A stretch of DNA of 64,000 nt from Candidatus Eiseniibacteriota bacterium (lineage in GTDB: Bacteria > Eisenbacteria > RBG-16-71-46 > JABDJR01): assembly GCA_963783375.1 (NCBI GenBank), contig CAWANH010000001.1:1-64000 (forward strand), read 5' to 3'. A program made the position numbers and the translations under genes. How positions within the stretch are numbered: the stretch's first letter is position 1; each line of letters opens with the position of its first letter. Under the pieces are notes generated by a model. That model searched no databases, had not been told where the DNA came from, and worked only from the letters and a program-made list of their open reading frames with translations. Shown here in pieces: positions 47,339 to 56,434 of the stretch.

Positions 47339-50300
47339 GTGGATTCATCGGCTTCGCTCAATCGCCTGACCCTGATCCTCACCCGCGTCCGGGAGATCCT
47401 GTTCTCGCGGCGCCGCCCCGGCTCCAAGCGAGACGATTCCGGGCGTCCCTCCGGGCCCTTCGGGGCCGCGCTGGGCGCCGTCGCCCTTGCGATCCTCGCC
47501 GCGGGTCCCGCGAGCGCCGTGCCGGTCACCTTCCACTTCCATCCCTCGGGCACGGCCCAGTCGGTGGCGGTGGCCGGCAGCTTCAACAGCTGGAGCGTCG
47601 ACGCCAATCCCATGACCGAACACGACGGGACCTGGACGGCCACGGTCGAGCTGGCTTCCGGCGAGTACCAGTACAAGTACGTGGTGAACGGCACCCAGTG
47701 GATCGCCGACGAGAGCGCCAAGAAACTGGTGGACGACGGCTTCGGCGGCAAGAACTCGGTGGTGGATGTCGGCGACCAGGCCATGGACGTGGGCCCGGGC
47801 GTCGGGGCCGCCCCGGCCGCGGGCGCCTCCCCCGCCGCCTCCACCCCTGCCGCGGACGGCAAGACCCCGGTCACCTTCCGCTACCGGCCCAAGGGGGGCG
47901 CCCAGAGCGTCTCGGTGGCCGGGAGCTTCAACAACTGGGATGCGGGCGCCAATCCCATGACCGAGAAGAACGGGGTGTGGGAAGCCACGGTGAACCTCGC
48001 TCCCGGCGAGATCCAGTACAAGTTCGTGGTCGACGGCACCCAGTGGATCACCGACGAGACCGCGGCGGGATTCGCCGACGACGGGTACGGCGGCAAGAAC
48101 TCGGTGCTCAAGGTGGGGTCCACGCCCCTCACCGTGGGAATCAAGGGGGGGGAGCCGGTGGGCGGCGTGACCCCGCCCCCTGCACCCGCGACCGGGGGCA
48201 AGACCCCGGTCACCTTCCGCTATCAGCCGGTGATCGGCGGGGTGAACACGGTGACGGTGGCGGGAACCATGAACGGATGGGACGCCGGAGCGACCCCGAT
48301 GGCCGACAAGGACGGGGACGGCGTGTGGGAAACCACCCTGAACCTCGATCCCGGCCGCTACGAATACAAATTCGTGGTGAACGGGGACCAGTGGTTCACC
48401 GACGACTTCGCCATGGATTCCTCCCCGGACGGGCTGGGCGGCGAAAACGCGGTGGTGATCGTGAAGGACCAGCCCCTGATCCTGGGCCCGGGCGGCAACG
48501 TTCCGGCCAAGGGCCAGGTTCCCTCCGAGGGCCTCCACCAGGTCACGTTTCGTTACCAACCCGCGGGGAAGGTGAACAAGGTCACCCTGGCCGGCTCATT
48601 CAACGACTGGAACGCGGACAAGACCCCCATGGCCGGCCCCGACAAGAACGGGGAGTACTCGTTCACCCTCCTCCTCCCCGCCGGCGACTACCAGTACAAG
48701 TTCGTGGCCGACGGGAACTGGATCACCGACCGCGCCCATGCCGACAGCTTCGTGGACGACGGCTTCGGCGGGCAGAACAGCGTGATCAAGGTGGACGCCC
48801 GGTTCCCGGTGCTCAAGGTGGAGAAGGGTGACGGGAAGATTTCCGACGTGGGCCTGGACTACGCCCAGACCGGGAGCACGGTGAACAACATGGGGGAAGG
48901 CCGGGTGGAGCTGACCTTCAAGTCACAGCGGAACGACATCGAGACCATGGACGTGCTCGTCTCCGACGCTGCCGGGGAGCGCACCCTCCCCGCGTCGGTG
49001 ACCGGGCGCGACCAGGCGTTCAGCTACTGGCGCGCGGTGGTGACCGATGCCCCCGCCTCGTTCCGGTACCTCCCGGCCTACCGGGACGGGGAAACGACCG
49101 ACTACCTGACCGCGGAGGGGATGGCTTCGGCCAAGCCCCCGACGGACGCCTGGTGGAGCTTCACCGTCTCCGCGTTTCCTCCCTTCGAGACCCCGGACTG
49201 GGTGAAGGACGCGGTCATCTACCAGATCTTCCCCGACCGGTACCGGAACGGCGATCCCACCAATGATCCCGACTTCAGCGAGTGGTACTACGCCGGGAAG
49301 ACCACCCTCCCCGCCTCGGGGAAGACCAACGAGGAGTACTACCATCTGGTCAAGGACTGGTACGACGTGGCCGGGCTCACCAGGAGCCCCTATCGCACCG
49401 ACGGGAAACCCGACTACTTCTCCTTCTACGGCGGGGACATCGCCGGCGTGGAGCAGTCGCTGGACTATCTGAAGGACCTGGGGGTGACCGCGATCTACTT
49501 CAACCCCATCTTCCAGGCCAAGTCGAATCACAAGTACGACTGCGCCGACTACATGAAGCTGGATCCCCATTTCGGCACCAACGAGGAGTTCAAGCAGTTC
49601 GTGGCCGCGGCCCACGCCAAGGGGATCCATGTCATCCTGGACATCGTCTTCAATCACACCGGAAACGCCCACTGGGCCTTCCAGGATGCGGTCAAGAACG
49701 GTCCCAAATCGAAGACCTACGACTGGTACGAGTTCAAGAAGTGGCCGCTCCCCGCCTCCTTCGGCCCCGGGGGCCCCAAGCCCGAGGATTACTACTACTG
49801 CTGGTGGGGCTTCGGCGACCTTCCCGATCTGAACTACGACCTCTCCCGGGCCAATCCCCAGGAGAACGCGATCCGGAACATCTCCGAAGCCAAGGTGAAC
49901 CAGCCCCTCCTGGACCACCTCATGGACGTGACCCAGTACTGGATCGGGGACATGGACGCGGACGGCGTGCGACTGGACGTGCCCAACGAGGTCCCGTTCT
50001 GGTTCTGGAAGGAGTTCAACCGGAAGGTCAAGGGGATCAAGCAGGACGCCTACATCGTGGGTGAGATCTGGGGAAACGCCTCGGATTGGATCAGCCCCAC
50101 CATCTTCGACGCCACCATGAACTACGCCTACTTCCGGGATCCGGTGATCAAGTTCCTGGGCCAGGGCCGCGGGAGCGCCCAGGAATTCGACCGGACCCTG
50201 GCCACCGGGCGGAACGCCTACCCCACCCAGGCGGTGCAGGTCATGATGAACCTGATCGACAGCCACGACACCGTGCGCTTCCGCCAGCAGGTGAACGGGG

Positions 50301-50758
50301 ACCTGGCCCGGGTGCGGCTGGCCTATCTCTTCGGCATGACCTACGTGGGCGCGCCGGACATCTATTACGGGGACGAGGTCGGCATGACCGGGGGGGCCGA
50401 TCCCGACTGCCGGCGGCCGTTCCTGTGGAACTGGAAGGACGATCCGGAGCGGGTGGCCATGCACGATTACACCGCCACCCTGGCCAAGGCCCGGGCCGCC
50501 CACGAGGCGCTCCGCCGCGGGGACTTCCGGACCCTCATGGTCTCCGGCCCGGTGTACGCCTACCTCCGCACCGCGGGAACCGACCGCGTGGTGGTGGCGC
50601 TGAACGCGGGCGGGACCGCGGCCACGGCCTCGCTGGACCTGGGCGCGCTCGGGAACCCCACCCAGGCGGTGAACCTGGTCACCGGGGAAACGGTTCAGCT
50701 CGGGGACGGGACCCTGGAGCTGGCTCCGGCGTCCGGGGTGGCGCTGGCGCTGCAGTAG
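47339..50758 (+). CDS. Secreted GH13 alpha-amylase/neopullulanase-type enzyme with four N-terminal CBM48/AMPK-CBM domains
   Basis: GGAGG RBS + GTG 47339 (start uncertain); signal-like segment; 4x VTF...VAGSFNxW...YKFVV.G.W; GH13 motifs LDIVFNH, GVRLDVP, VGEIW, IDSHD. Confidence 0.92.
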   Translation: MDSSASLNRLTLILTRVREILFSRRRPGSKRDDSGRPSGPFGAALGAVALAILAAGPASAVPVTFHFHPSGTAQSVAVAGSFNSWSVDANPMTEHDGTWTATVELASGEYQYKYVVNGTQWIADESAKKLVDDGFGGKNSVVDVGDQAMDVGPGVGAAPAAGASPAASTPAADGKTPVTFRYRPKGGAQSVSVAGSFNNWDAGANPMTEKNGVWEATVNLAPGEIQYKFVVDGTQWITDETAAGFADDGYGGKNSVLKVGSTPLTVGIKGGEPVGGVTPPPAPATGGKTPVTFRYQPVIGGVNTVTVAGTMNGWDAGATPMADKDGDGVWETTLNLDPGRYEYKFVVNGDQWFTDDFAMDSSPDGLGGENAVVIVKDQPLILGPGGNVPAKGQVPSEGLHQVTFRYQPAGKVNKVTLAGSFNDWNADKTPMAGPDKNGEYSFTLLLPAGDYQYKFVADGNWITDRAHADSFVDDGFGGQNSVIKVDARFPVLKVEKGDGKISDVGLDYAQTGSTVNNMGEGRVELTFKSQRNDIETMDVLVSDAAGERTLPASVTGRDQAFSYWRAVVTDAPASFRYLPAYRDGETTDYLTAEGMASAKPPTDAWWSFTVSAFPPFETPDWVKDAVIYQIFPDRYRNGDPTNDPDFSEWYYAGKTTLPASGKTNEEYYHLVKDWYDVAGLTRSPYRTDGKPDYFSFYGGDIAGVEQSLDYLKDLGVTAIYFNPIFQAKSNHKYDCADYMKLDPHFGTNEEFKQFVAAAHAKGIHVILDIVFNHTGNAHWAFQDAVKNGPKSKTYDWYEFKKWPLPASFGPGGPKPEDYYYCWWGFGDLPDLNYDLSRANPQENAIRNISEAKVNQPLLDHLMDVTQYWIGDMDADGVRLDVPNEVPFWFWKEFNRKVKGIKQDAYIVGEIWGNASDWISPTIFDATMNYAYFRDPVIKFLGQGRGSAQEFDRTLATGRNAYPTQAVQVMMNLIDSHDTVRFRQQVNGDLARVRLAYLFGMTYVGAPDIYYGDEVGMTGGADPDCRRPFLWNWKDDPERVAMHDYTATLAKARAAHEALRRGDFRTLMVSGPVYAYLRTAGTDRVVVALNAGGTAATASLDLGALGNPTQAVNLVTGETVQLGDGTLELAPASGVALALQ

Positions 50759-50838
50759 GCCGACGACTTCACGAGCCACGGGAACCGGGGCCCCGGGCGG
50801 GCTCCGGTTCCTTCGTTCCCACGCTGGCCGGTCCGCGG

Positions 50839-51906
50839 CTACACCCTGCCCCGGAGGTACTGGTCCGGCCAGGGGACGTCCACCCCCAGGCTCCGGGCGG
50901 CATGGAGGGGCCAGTAGGGGTCGCGGAGGAACTCCCGGGCCATGAGGATCGCGTCGGCCTGACCGGTGGCGAGGATGGTCTCGGCCTGGGCGGGCCCGAT
51001 GATCATGCCGACCGCCCCGGTCAGCACACCCGCCTTCTCGCGGATGGTCGCAGCCAGTGCGGTCTGATAGCCCGGCCCCACCGGAATCTTCGCCCCCGGA
51101 ACCGCTCCCCCGCTCGAGCAGTCCACCAGGTCCACCCCCAGCGCCTTCAGTTCCCGGGACAGGCGCACCGACTGCTCCACGTCCCAGCCGCCCTCGATCC
51201 AGTCCGTGGCCGAAATGCGCACCAGGAGGGGAAGCTCTTCGGGCCAGGCTCCCCGCACCGCGCTCGCCACCCGGAGGGGAAAGCGGGTCCGATTCTCGAA
51301 GCTTCCACCGTAGCGATCGGTGCGGCGGTTCACCAGCGGGGAGAGGAACTCGTGCATCAGATAGCCGTGGGCCATGTGGATCTCGAGGGTTTGGAACCCG
51401 GCCTGGACGGCCAGGGCCGCCGCCGCCTCGAACTGCCCGGCGACCTCGTCCATATCCGCCTCGGTCATCGCCCGCGGCGCCGGGTAGCCCTCGGCGAAGG
51501 GCTCGGGGCCGGGACCGATGGTCTGCCATCCCCCCTCCGTTTCCGGTACCGCCCCCCGCTCCTGGTCCCAGGGCCGCCACGTGGAGGCCTTCCGCCCGGC
51601 GTGGCCGATCTGGATCCCCGGCACCGCCCCCTGGGCGCTCATGAAGGCGGTGATCCGGCGGAACGCCTCCGCGTGGACCGCCGACCAGATGCCCGAGTCC
51701 CAGGGGGAAATCCTCCCCACCGGCGACACCCCGCTCGCCTCCACCAACACCAACCCCGCCCCGCCCACCGCGCGGCTCCCCAGGTGGACGAGATGCCACT
51801 CGTTGGGCATTCCCGCATCGCTCGAGTACTGGCACATCGGGGAAACGAAGACACGGTTTCGGTAGGTGACGCTCTTGATGGTGAGCGGCGTGAAGAGTCG
51901 GGTCAT
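50839..51906 (-). CDS. NADH:flavin oxidoreductase (Old Yellow Enzyme, YqjM/XenA class)
   Basis: VSPMCQYS, QIGHAGRKAS, EIHMAHGYL, RTDRYGGSFENR, QYLRG. Confidence 0.93.
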   Translation of the reverse strand: MTRLFTPLTIKSVTYRNRVFVSPMCQYSSDAGMPNEWHLVHLGSRAVGGAGLVLVEASGVSPVGRISPWDSGIWSAVHAEAFRRITAFMSAQGAVPGIQIGHAGRKASTWRPWDQERGAVPETEGGWQTIGPGPEPFAEGYPAPRAMTEADMDEVAGQFEAAAALAVQAGFQTLEIHMAHGYLMHEFLSPLVNRRTDRYGGSFENRTRFPLRVASAVRGAWPEELPLLVRISATDWIEGGWDVEQSVRLSRELKALGVDLVDCSSGGAVPGAKIPVGPGYQTALAATIREKAGVLTGAVGMIIGPAQAETILATGQADAILMAREFLRDPYWPLHAARSLGVDVPWPDQYLRGRV

Positions 51907-52016
51907 GTCCACCTCGTCCGGGAAAACGTCCGCGAGGGCCGGCGCCGGATCGCGCCGCCCCCGGGACATCGTCCCCCCTCCGGCGTCCCTTGACCACCCC
52001 CTCGGCGATTCGTGGG

Positions 52017-53213
52017 TCAGCGCGCCTCGGTCCGGCCCCGGGCGGGATCCTCGCCCAGGAGGCGCCGGACCCGCCGAAGCAGGTGCCGGCCCGGGGTCTC
52101 CCGGCGGAGGTCGATCCGGGTCACCGCATCCCCGTGGCGTACCAGCCAGCTCAGGGTCAGCTCGGCCATCTCCGAGGCCTCGGCGGCGGTCAGGGGAAGA
52201 TCGGAGGCGCCGGGGAGACGACCGTCACCGCCACCCCCCAGAAATTCGGCGAGACGACGGGCCAGGGTCCGCGGCACCCGCGCCCGGCGCGGCGCGCGTT
52301 CCCAGTGGAATCGGCCGTCGCCGGCCACCAGGCACACCTCCACCCAACCCGCCTCCGCCGAGGGAAGCACCAGGAGGGCCGCGGCGCGGCGCCACGTCCC
52401 CCGGGGCCGGACGTGAACCCGTTCCTGGGTGTTCAAGGGGGGCGACTCCCGCCGGAGCCTGAGCTGCTCGCGAAGGAGCGCCTCCAGCTCGCTTCCCAGC
52501 ACCGTCCAGGTGAGCTTCACCGCCCGCTCCGCCAGATGCCGGCTCTTCTCCGGCTCGGCCGGCCGCGGACCGAAGTGCCGGGGCACCCGGGACCTGAGCG
52601 ACCGGGCCTTCCCCACGTAGAGCACGCGCCCTTCCGCGTCGGCGAAGGCATAAACCCCGGGGGCGTCGGGGAGGGCGTAGAGGGCATCCGCCAGCTCCGG
52701 CCGGGGGCGGGTCCCCGAGGGCGCCGCCGGGGGCAACCCAGGCGCCGTCCGCTCGCCGGATCCCACCGCCGTCTTCCCGTCCCGAACCATGCCGGGATTC
52801 GCGGCCTCCGCCCCGGCCGGGCCGGCCCCGGCTTCCGCCAGGCGGGCGGCCAGACCCTCCACCAGGCGCTCCCCCAGAGCCTCCGGATCCTCGATGTCCC
52901 CCAACCCTTCGGCCAAGAGCGCGGTCAGAGCCGGAAGCCCCCGCGGAGCGGCCAGACCCAACCGCCCCAGCACCGTGGCCAGGGGGAAGTCGGCGCCGGC
53001 GGTTCGTCGCACCTCGCCCCGACAGCGGAACGAGGCCTCGGTCCAGACGAAGCGGGCCGGCCAGTGGAGGAAGAGCGCCCCGGGGGGAGGCGGCAACGGC
53101 CACCTCTCGAAACCGGCCCGGACCGGGGCGGACCCGTCCCGCACCGCGACCAGAGTGCGGGGGGAGCCGGGGACGGGCTGCAGAGCGAGCACCAGCGGAG
53201 GGAGGTCGGACAT
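52017..53213 (-). CDS. GIY-YIG nuclease domain protein (UvrC/Cho N-terminal-like)
   Basis: LPDAPGVYAF...LYVGKARSLRSRV...SELEALLRE...PPLN. Confidence 0.8.
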   Translation of the reverse strand: MSDLPPLVLALQPVPGSPRTLVAVRDGSAPVRAGFERWPLPPPPGALFLHWPARFVWTEASFRCRGEVRRTAGADFPLATVLGRLGLAAPRGLPALTALLAEGLGDIEDPEALGERLVEGLAARLAEAGAGPAGAEAANPGMVRDGKTAVGSGERTAPGLPPAAPSGTRPRPELADALYALPDAPGVYAFADAEGRVLYVGKARSLRSRVPRHFGPRPAEPEKSRHLAERAVKLTWTVLGSELEALLREQLRLRRESPPLNTQERVHVRPRGTWRRAAALLVLPSAEAGWVEVCLVAGDGRFHWERAPRRARVPRTLARRLAEFLGGGGDGRLPGASDLPLTAAEASEMAELTLSWLVRHGDAVTRIDLRRETPGRHLLRRVRRLLGEDPARGRTEAR

Positions 53214-53264
53214 GGGGTCACTCTACGCGAAGCCCGAAAGCCCCGCGCCTGCCGGCCCCCGCGC

Positions 53265-54194
53265 TCAAGAGTCGGTCGCCGGCCAATCCGGCCAGCAGAG
53301 CCGGCGAAAATTGCAGCGCGTGCACACCGCGCGGTCGGCGGTCCGGGCAAAGCGCTCCTTCTCGGCCGTGTTCTCCGCCGGATCGGTGAGAAGCGCCCGC
53401 ATGGCCCCGATCGATTCCCGCATGTGCGCGGTACCCTCGGCCAGAGCCGCCTCGTCCAGGGTCACGATGTCCACGTCGCCGGTCAGGAGGTAGTGGAGTT
53501 CCCCGATCGAGCGCCGGGGATCCACCCCCCACTTGTTCCGGGCGAAGAGACCGTAGCAGACCAGCTGCATGCGGTCGTGATCCACCCCCGGGCGACCGGT
53601 CTTCCAGTCGATGAGGAGCGCGTTTCCCTGGTCGTTGGTGAGGGCGAAGTCCGGGGCCACGTAGACCTTGGTGCCCTCGAACTCGAAGGAATCCAGGGAG
53701 TCGATGGGGAGCCAGTTCTCGATCCGGGTCTCCAGGATCACCTCGCGGACCTTGGAGGAGAAGAAGTTGTCGAGGCAGGTGAAGACGCGGTTCCGCATTC
53801 GCTGCCATTCTTCGTCGGGGAGGTCCTCGCCGTATTCGTGCTCGAACAACCCGACCGTCCGCTTGGGACGGAGGCGGTACTGCCCCGAGCGCGATTCCTG
53901 GAACCCCTTCCGCAACATACCGAGAGCGGACCGCTTCGCCTCTTCCGGACCCACTTCGCGGCCGTACCGGTGCCGATTCAAGACGTCGGCCACCGTTTCG
54001 TGCACGACCTGGCCGGCGAAGGTGTACCGGTTCCCGAGGTTCTTGAGGATGTAGGCTTCGCGGGCGGCGGGATCGCCCTTGGGGTCCCATCCTCCCCAGG
54101 AACCGTAGTGCCGGTAGTAGTAGGCCCGGTGGCAATCGCTGAAGATGCGGTTTCGGGAGACCGACCAGGAGAATTCGTTCTTGAGGTCGCCCAT
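53265..54194 (-). CDS. PD-(D/E)XK nuclease (AddB/Cas4-like, Fe-S staple)
   Basis: FSWSVSR...DCHR, GQVVHE, APDF...IDWKTG, QLVCY, CTRCNFRRLC (1+3 Cys). Confidence 0.88.
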   Translation of the reverse strand: MGDLKNEFSWSVSRNRIFSDCHRAYYYRHYGSWGGWDPKGDPAAREAYILKNLGNRYTFAGQVVHETVADVLNRHRYGREVGPEEAKRSALGMLRKGFQESRSGQYRLRPKRTVGLFEHEYGEDLPDEEWQRMRNRVFTCLDNFFSSKVREVILETRIENWLPIDSLDSFEFEGTKVYVAPDFALTNDQGNALLIDWKTGRPGVDHDRMQLVCYGLFARNKWGVDPRRSIGELHYLLTGDVDIVTLDEAALAEGTAHMRESIGAMRALLTDPAENTAEKERFARTADRAVCTRCNFRRLCWPDWPATDS

Positions 54195-54228
54195 CAAGCG
54201 GTCCCGCCGCGGCGACCGGGGGAGGATC

Positions 54229-54699
54229 TCAGGCCTCTTCCTCCTTGGTACGGCGGGGGGCGGCGCCGGTAAAGAGCGTGATGGGCATGCGTCCCGCGTA
54301 GCCGCCTTCCAGGGTATGCCAGGCCTTGATCCGGCTGTCCCCCTGCTTCCAGCACAGGAACACCAGCCGGTCGTTCTTGAGGGCGAAGAAATCGACGAGT
54401 CCTTCCTGGTAGGACTTCGGCACGCAACCGGATTGGAGCACCTCGAGCTGGATCGTCCGCATATCCTCGAGGAGGCTCTTCTCCAGGCCCTCCTTGGCCA
54501 CGAGCGCCTGGACGTCGGGGTTGGCCCCGTCACCCCCCGAGGAGGAGGCGAGCCGGAGCACGGCGAGGTCGCGCTGGCAGGCCTCGTAGCGGGCAAAGAG
54601 TTCCTGGAACCGGGCGAGGCGTCGGCGAATCAGCGGAAGCAGGGCCTCCGCCTCCTCCAGCGTGAAGAGCTTGGGGCCGAGAAGTCTCGGTTGAGCCAT
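54229..54699 (-). CDS. DUF2203 family protein
   Basis: FTLEEAEALLP, GLVDFFA, VFLCWKQG, WHTLEGGYAGRMPI. Confidence 0.88.
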   Translation of the reverse strand: MAQPRLLGPKLFTLEEAEALLPLIRRRLARFQELFARYEACQRDLAVLRLASSSGGDGANPDVQALVAKEGLEKSLLEDMRTIQLEVLQSGCVPKSYQEGLVDFFALKNDRLVFLCWKQGDSRIKAWHTLEGGYAGRMPITLFTGAAPRRTKEEEA

Positions 54700-54768
54700 G
54701 GGGTGCCTCGCCTCCTACGGGTGGAAACCGCGTGCCTGATTTCAGGATATCAGAGGCCCCCGCCGGTC

Positions 54769-55671
54769 TCAACCGGGAGGGGCGGCCCCGCCCCCCGCGG
54801 CCAGCTCGAGATCGGCCTGAACCCGTTTCACCGCCGCGTTCACCTCGCCCCCGAACAGGGCCAGGTTGGCCGAGAGGTGCACCCAGACCAGCATGACCAC
54901 CACGGTGGCCATCGGCCCGTAGATCTTGTCGTACACCGCCAGGTTCCGGAGATAGGCGTTGAAACCGAGGGTGGCCAGGATCCAGGTCACGGTGAACACC
55001 AGGGCCCCCGGGGAGGAGACCCGCCGGCGCCGCTGCCGGAAGTTCGGGACCAGCCAGTAGATGAGATGGACCCCGGCGAAGACGATGAGCACGGAGATCG
55101 GCGTCTTGAGCGCGAGCACGATCTCGACGACATGGACCCGGAACCGCTCGAACCCGCTCAACCCGCTGGAGATGTCCTCGCCGAAGACCAGGAGCACGAA
55201 CCCCAGGAGCAACAACAGCGCGCTGGTCGCCACCACCGCCAGGGCGATGAGCCGGGTCCTCCACGCGGCGCGGGACTCCTCGAGGTGGTAGATGCGGGAC
55301 AGGGCGTGGATGAGAGCCTGGACCACGTTGCTGGCGGTCCACAGGGTGGTGGCGATGGCCACCGGGATCAGGCTCCGGGGCACCGGGCGACGGGCCAGCT
55401 CCAGCGCCTGGTTCATGAAGTCCTGGGTCCGGGCCGGAACCAGGCCCCCGGCGAACCGGGTGAGGCCCCGGAGGGTTTCCGGATCTCCGCCGATCAGGCC
55501 GAGGAGAATCGAGATCAGGAAGAGAAGGGCGAAGATGCTGAACAGGCTGTGAAAGGCGATTCCGGCGGCGTAGAAGGGAGCGTCGTCCCGCCACATCCCC
55601 AGCCAGCTACGCTTCAGGATGGTCGGGAAATGGGTGAACAGGGTGCCCATCTCGCCCAGGGAAGAGGACAT
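54769..55671 (-). CDS. YihY/BrkB family membrane protein
   Basis: YAAGIAFHSLFSIF, ALSRIY, LIYWLVP, YDKIYG, LFGGEVNA. Confidence 0.9.
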   Translation of the reverse strand: MSSSLGEMGTLFTHFPTILKRSWLGMWRDDAPFYAAGIAFHSLFSIFALLFLISILLGLIGGDPETLRGLTRFAGGLVPARTQDFMNQALELARRPVPRSLIPVAIATTLWTASNVVQALIHALSRIYHLEESRAAWRTRLIALAVVATSALLLLLGFVLLVFGEDISSGLSGFERFRVHVVEIVLALKTPISVLIVFAGVHLIYWLVPNFRQRRRRVSSPGALVFTVTWILATLGFNAYLRNLAVYDKIYGPMATVVVMLVWVHLSANLALFGGEVNAAVKRVQADLELAAGGGAAPPG

Positions 55672-55675
55672 TCCG

Positions 55676-56428
55676 TCAGCCGCCCATCTTCTCCATCACC
55701 TCGTCGGGAATTTCGAAGTTCCCGAACAGCTTCTGCACGTCGTCGTGCTCCTCCAGCGTCTCGTAGAACTTGAGGAACTTCTCCGCCTCGTCCTCGTTCA
55801 GGGTCTTGGAGGTCTTGGCCACGCGGTCCAGGCTCGCCTCCTCGATGGGAATCCCCTTGTCCTCGAGCTGTTGCACCACGTCGTTCAGATCGGTGGCGGC
55901 GGTCAGCACCTGGAAGGTGTCCTCCTGGTCGGTGACCACGTCCTCGGCACCGGCATCCATGGCCGCCTCCAGGAGCGCGTCCTCGGTCACGCGGGAACGA
56001 TCCACGGTGATCGAGCCCTTCTGGTCGAACATCCAGGCCACCGAGCCCACCGCCCCGAGGTTTCCCCCGTACTTGGTGAACAGGTGCCGGATCTCGCTGG
56101 CCGTCCGGTTCCGGTTGTCGGTGACCGTCTCGGCCAGGACCGCCACTCCGTAAGGCCCGTATCCCTCGTAGACGATCTCATCGTAGGTGGTCCCCTCCAG
56201 CTCTCCGGTACCCTTCTTGATCGCCCGTTCGATGTTGTCCTTGGGCATGTTCGCCGCCTTGGCCGCGGCGACCGCCGTGCGGAGGCGGGGGTTCCCCCCG
56301 GGGTCCCCGCCCCCCTGGCGGGCGGCGATGGAGATCTCACGGATGAGCCGGGTGAACATGCGGCCCCGGGCGGCGTCCGCCGCGCCCTTCTTGCGTTTGA
56401 TGGTTGCCCATTTTGAATGTCCGGACAT
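55676..56428 (-). CDS. yebC: YebC/PmpR family protein
   Basis: MSGHSKWATIKRKK, YEGYGP, TDNRNRT, LEEHDDVQ. Confidence 0.95.
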   Translation of the reverse strand: MSGHSKWATIKRKKGAADAARGRMFTRLIREISIAARQGGGDPGGNPRLRTAVAAAKAANMPKDNIERAIKKGTGELEGTTYDEIVYEGYGPYGVAVLAETVTDNRNRTASEIRHLFTKYGGNLGAVGSVAWMFDQKGSITVDRSRVTEDALLEAAMDAGAEDVVTDQEDTFQVLTAATDLNDVVQQLEDKGIPIEEASLDRVAKTSKTLNEDEAEKFLKFYETLEEHDDVQKLFGNFEIPDEVMEKMGG

Positions 56429-56434
56429 GGTCGG

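Noticed and set aside
47520-48790. Four ~250-bp DNA repeats
   Set aside because: Fully explained by the tandem CBM48 domains of the amylase; likewise the duplication in 15661-16683 is the tandem rhodanese domain.
48923-51997. Very long antisense/alternative-frame ORFs (e.g. 48923..51997, 61181..63967, 51990..54272, 41999..44077, 56417..58549)
   Set aside because: They are shadows of well-supported genes on the opposite strand, expected in high-GC DNA with few stop codons, and show no recognisable motifs.
53265-54194. CRISPR-associated Cas4
   Set aside because: No CRISPR repeats or other cas genes in the window; treated as a stand-alone PD-(D/E)XK nuclease.
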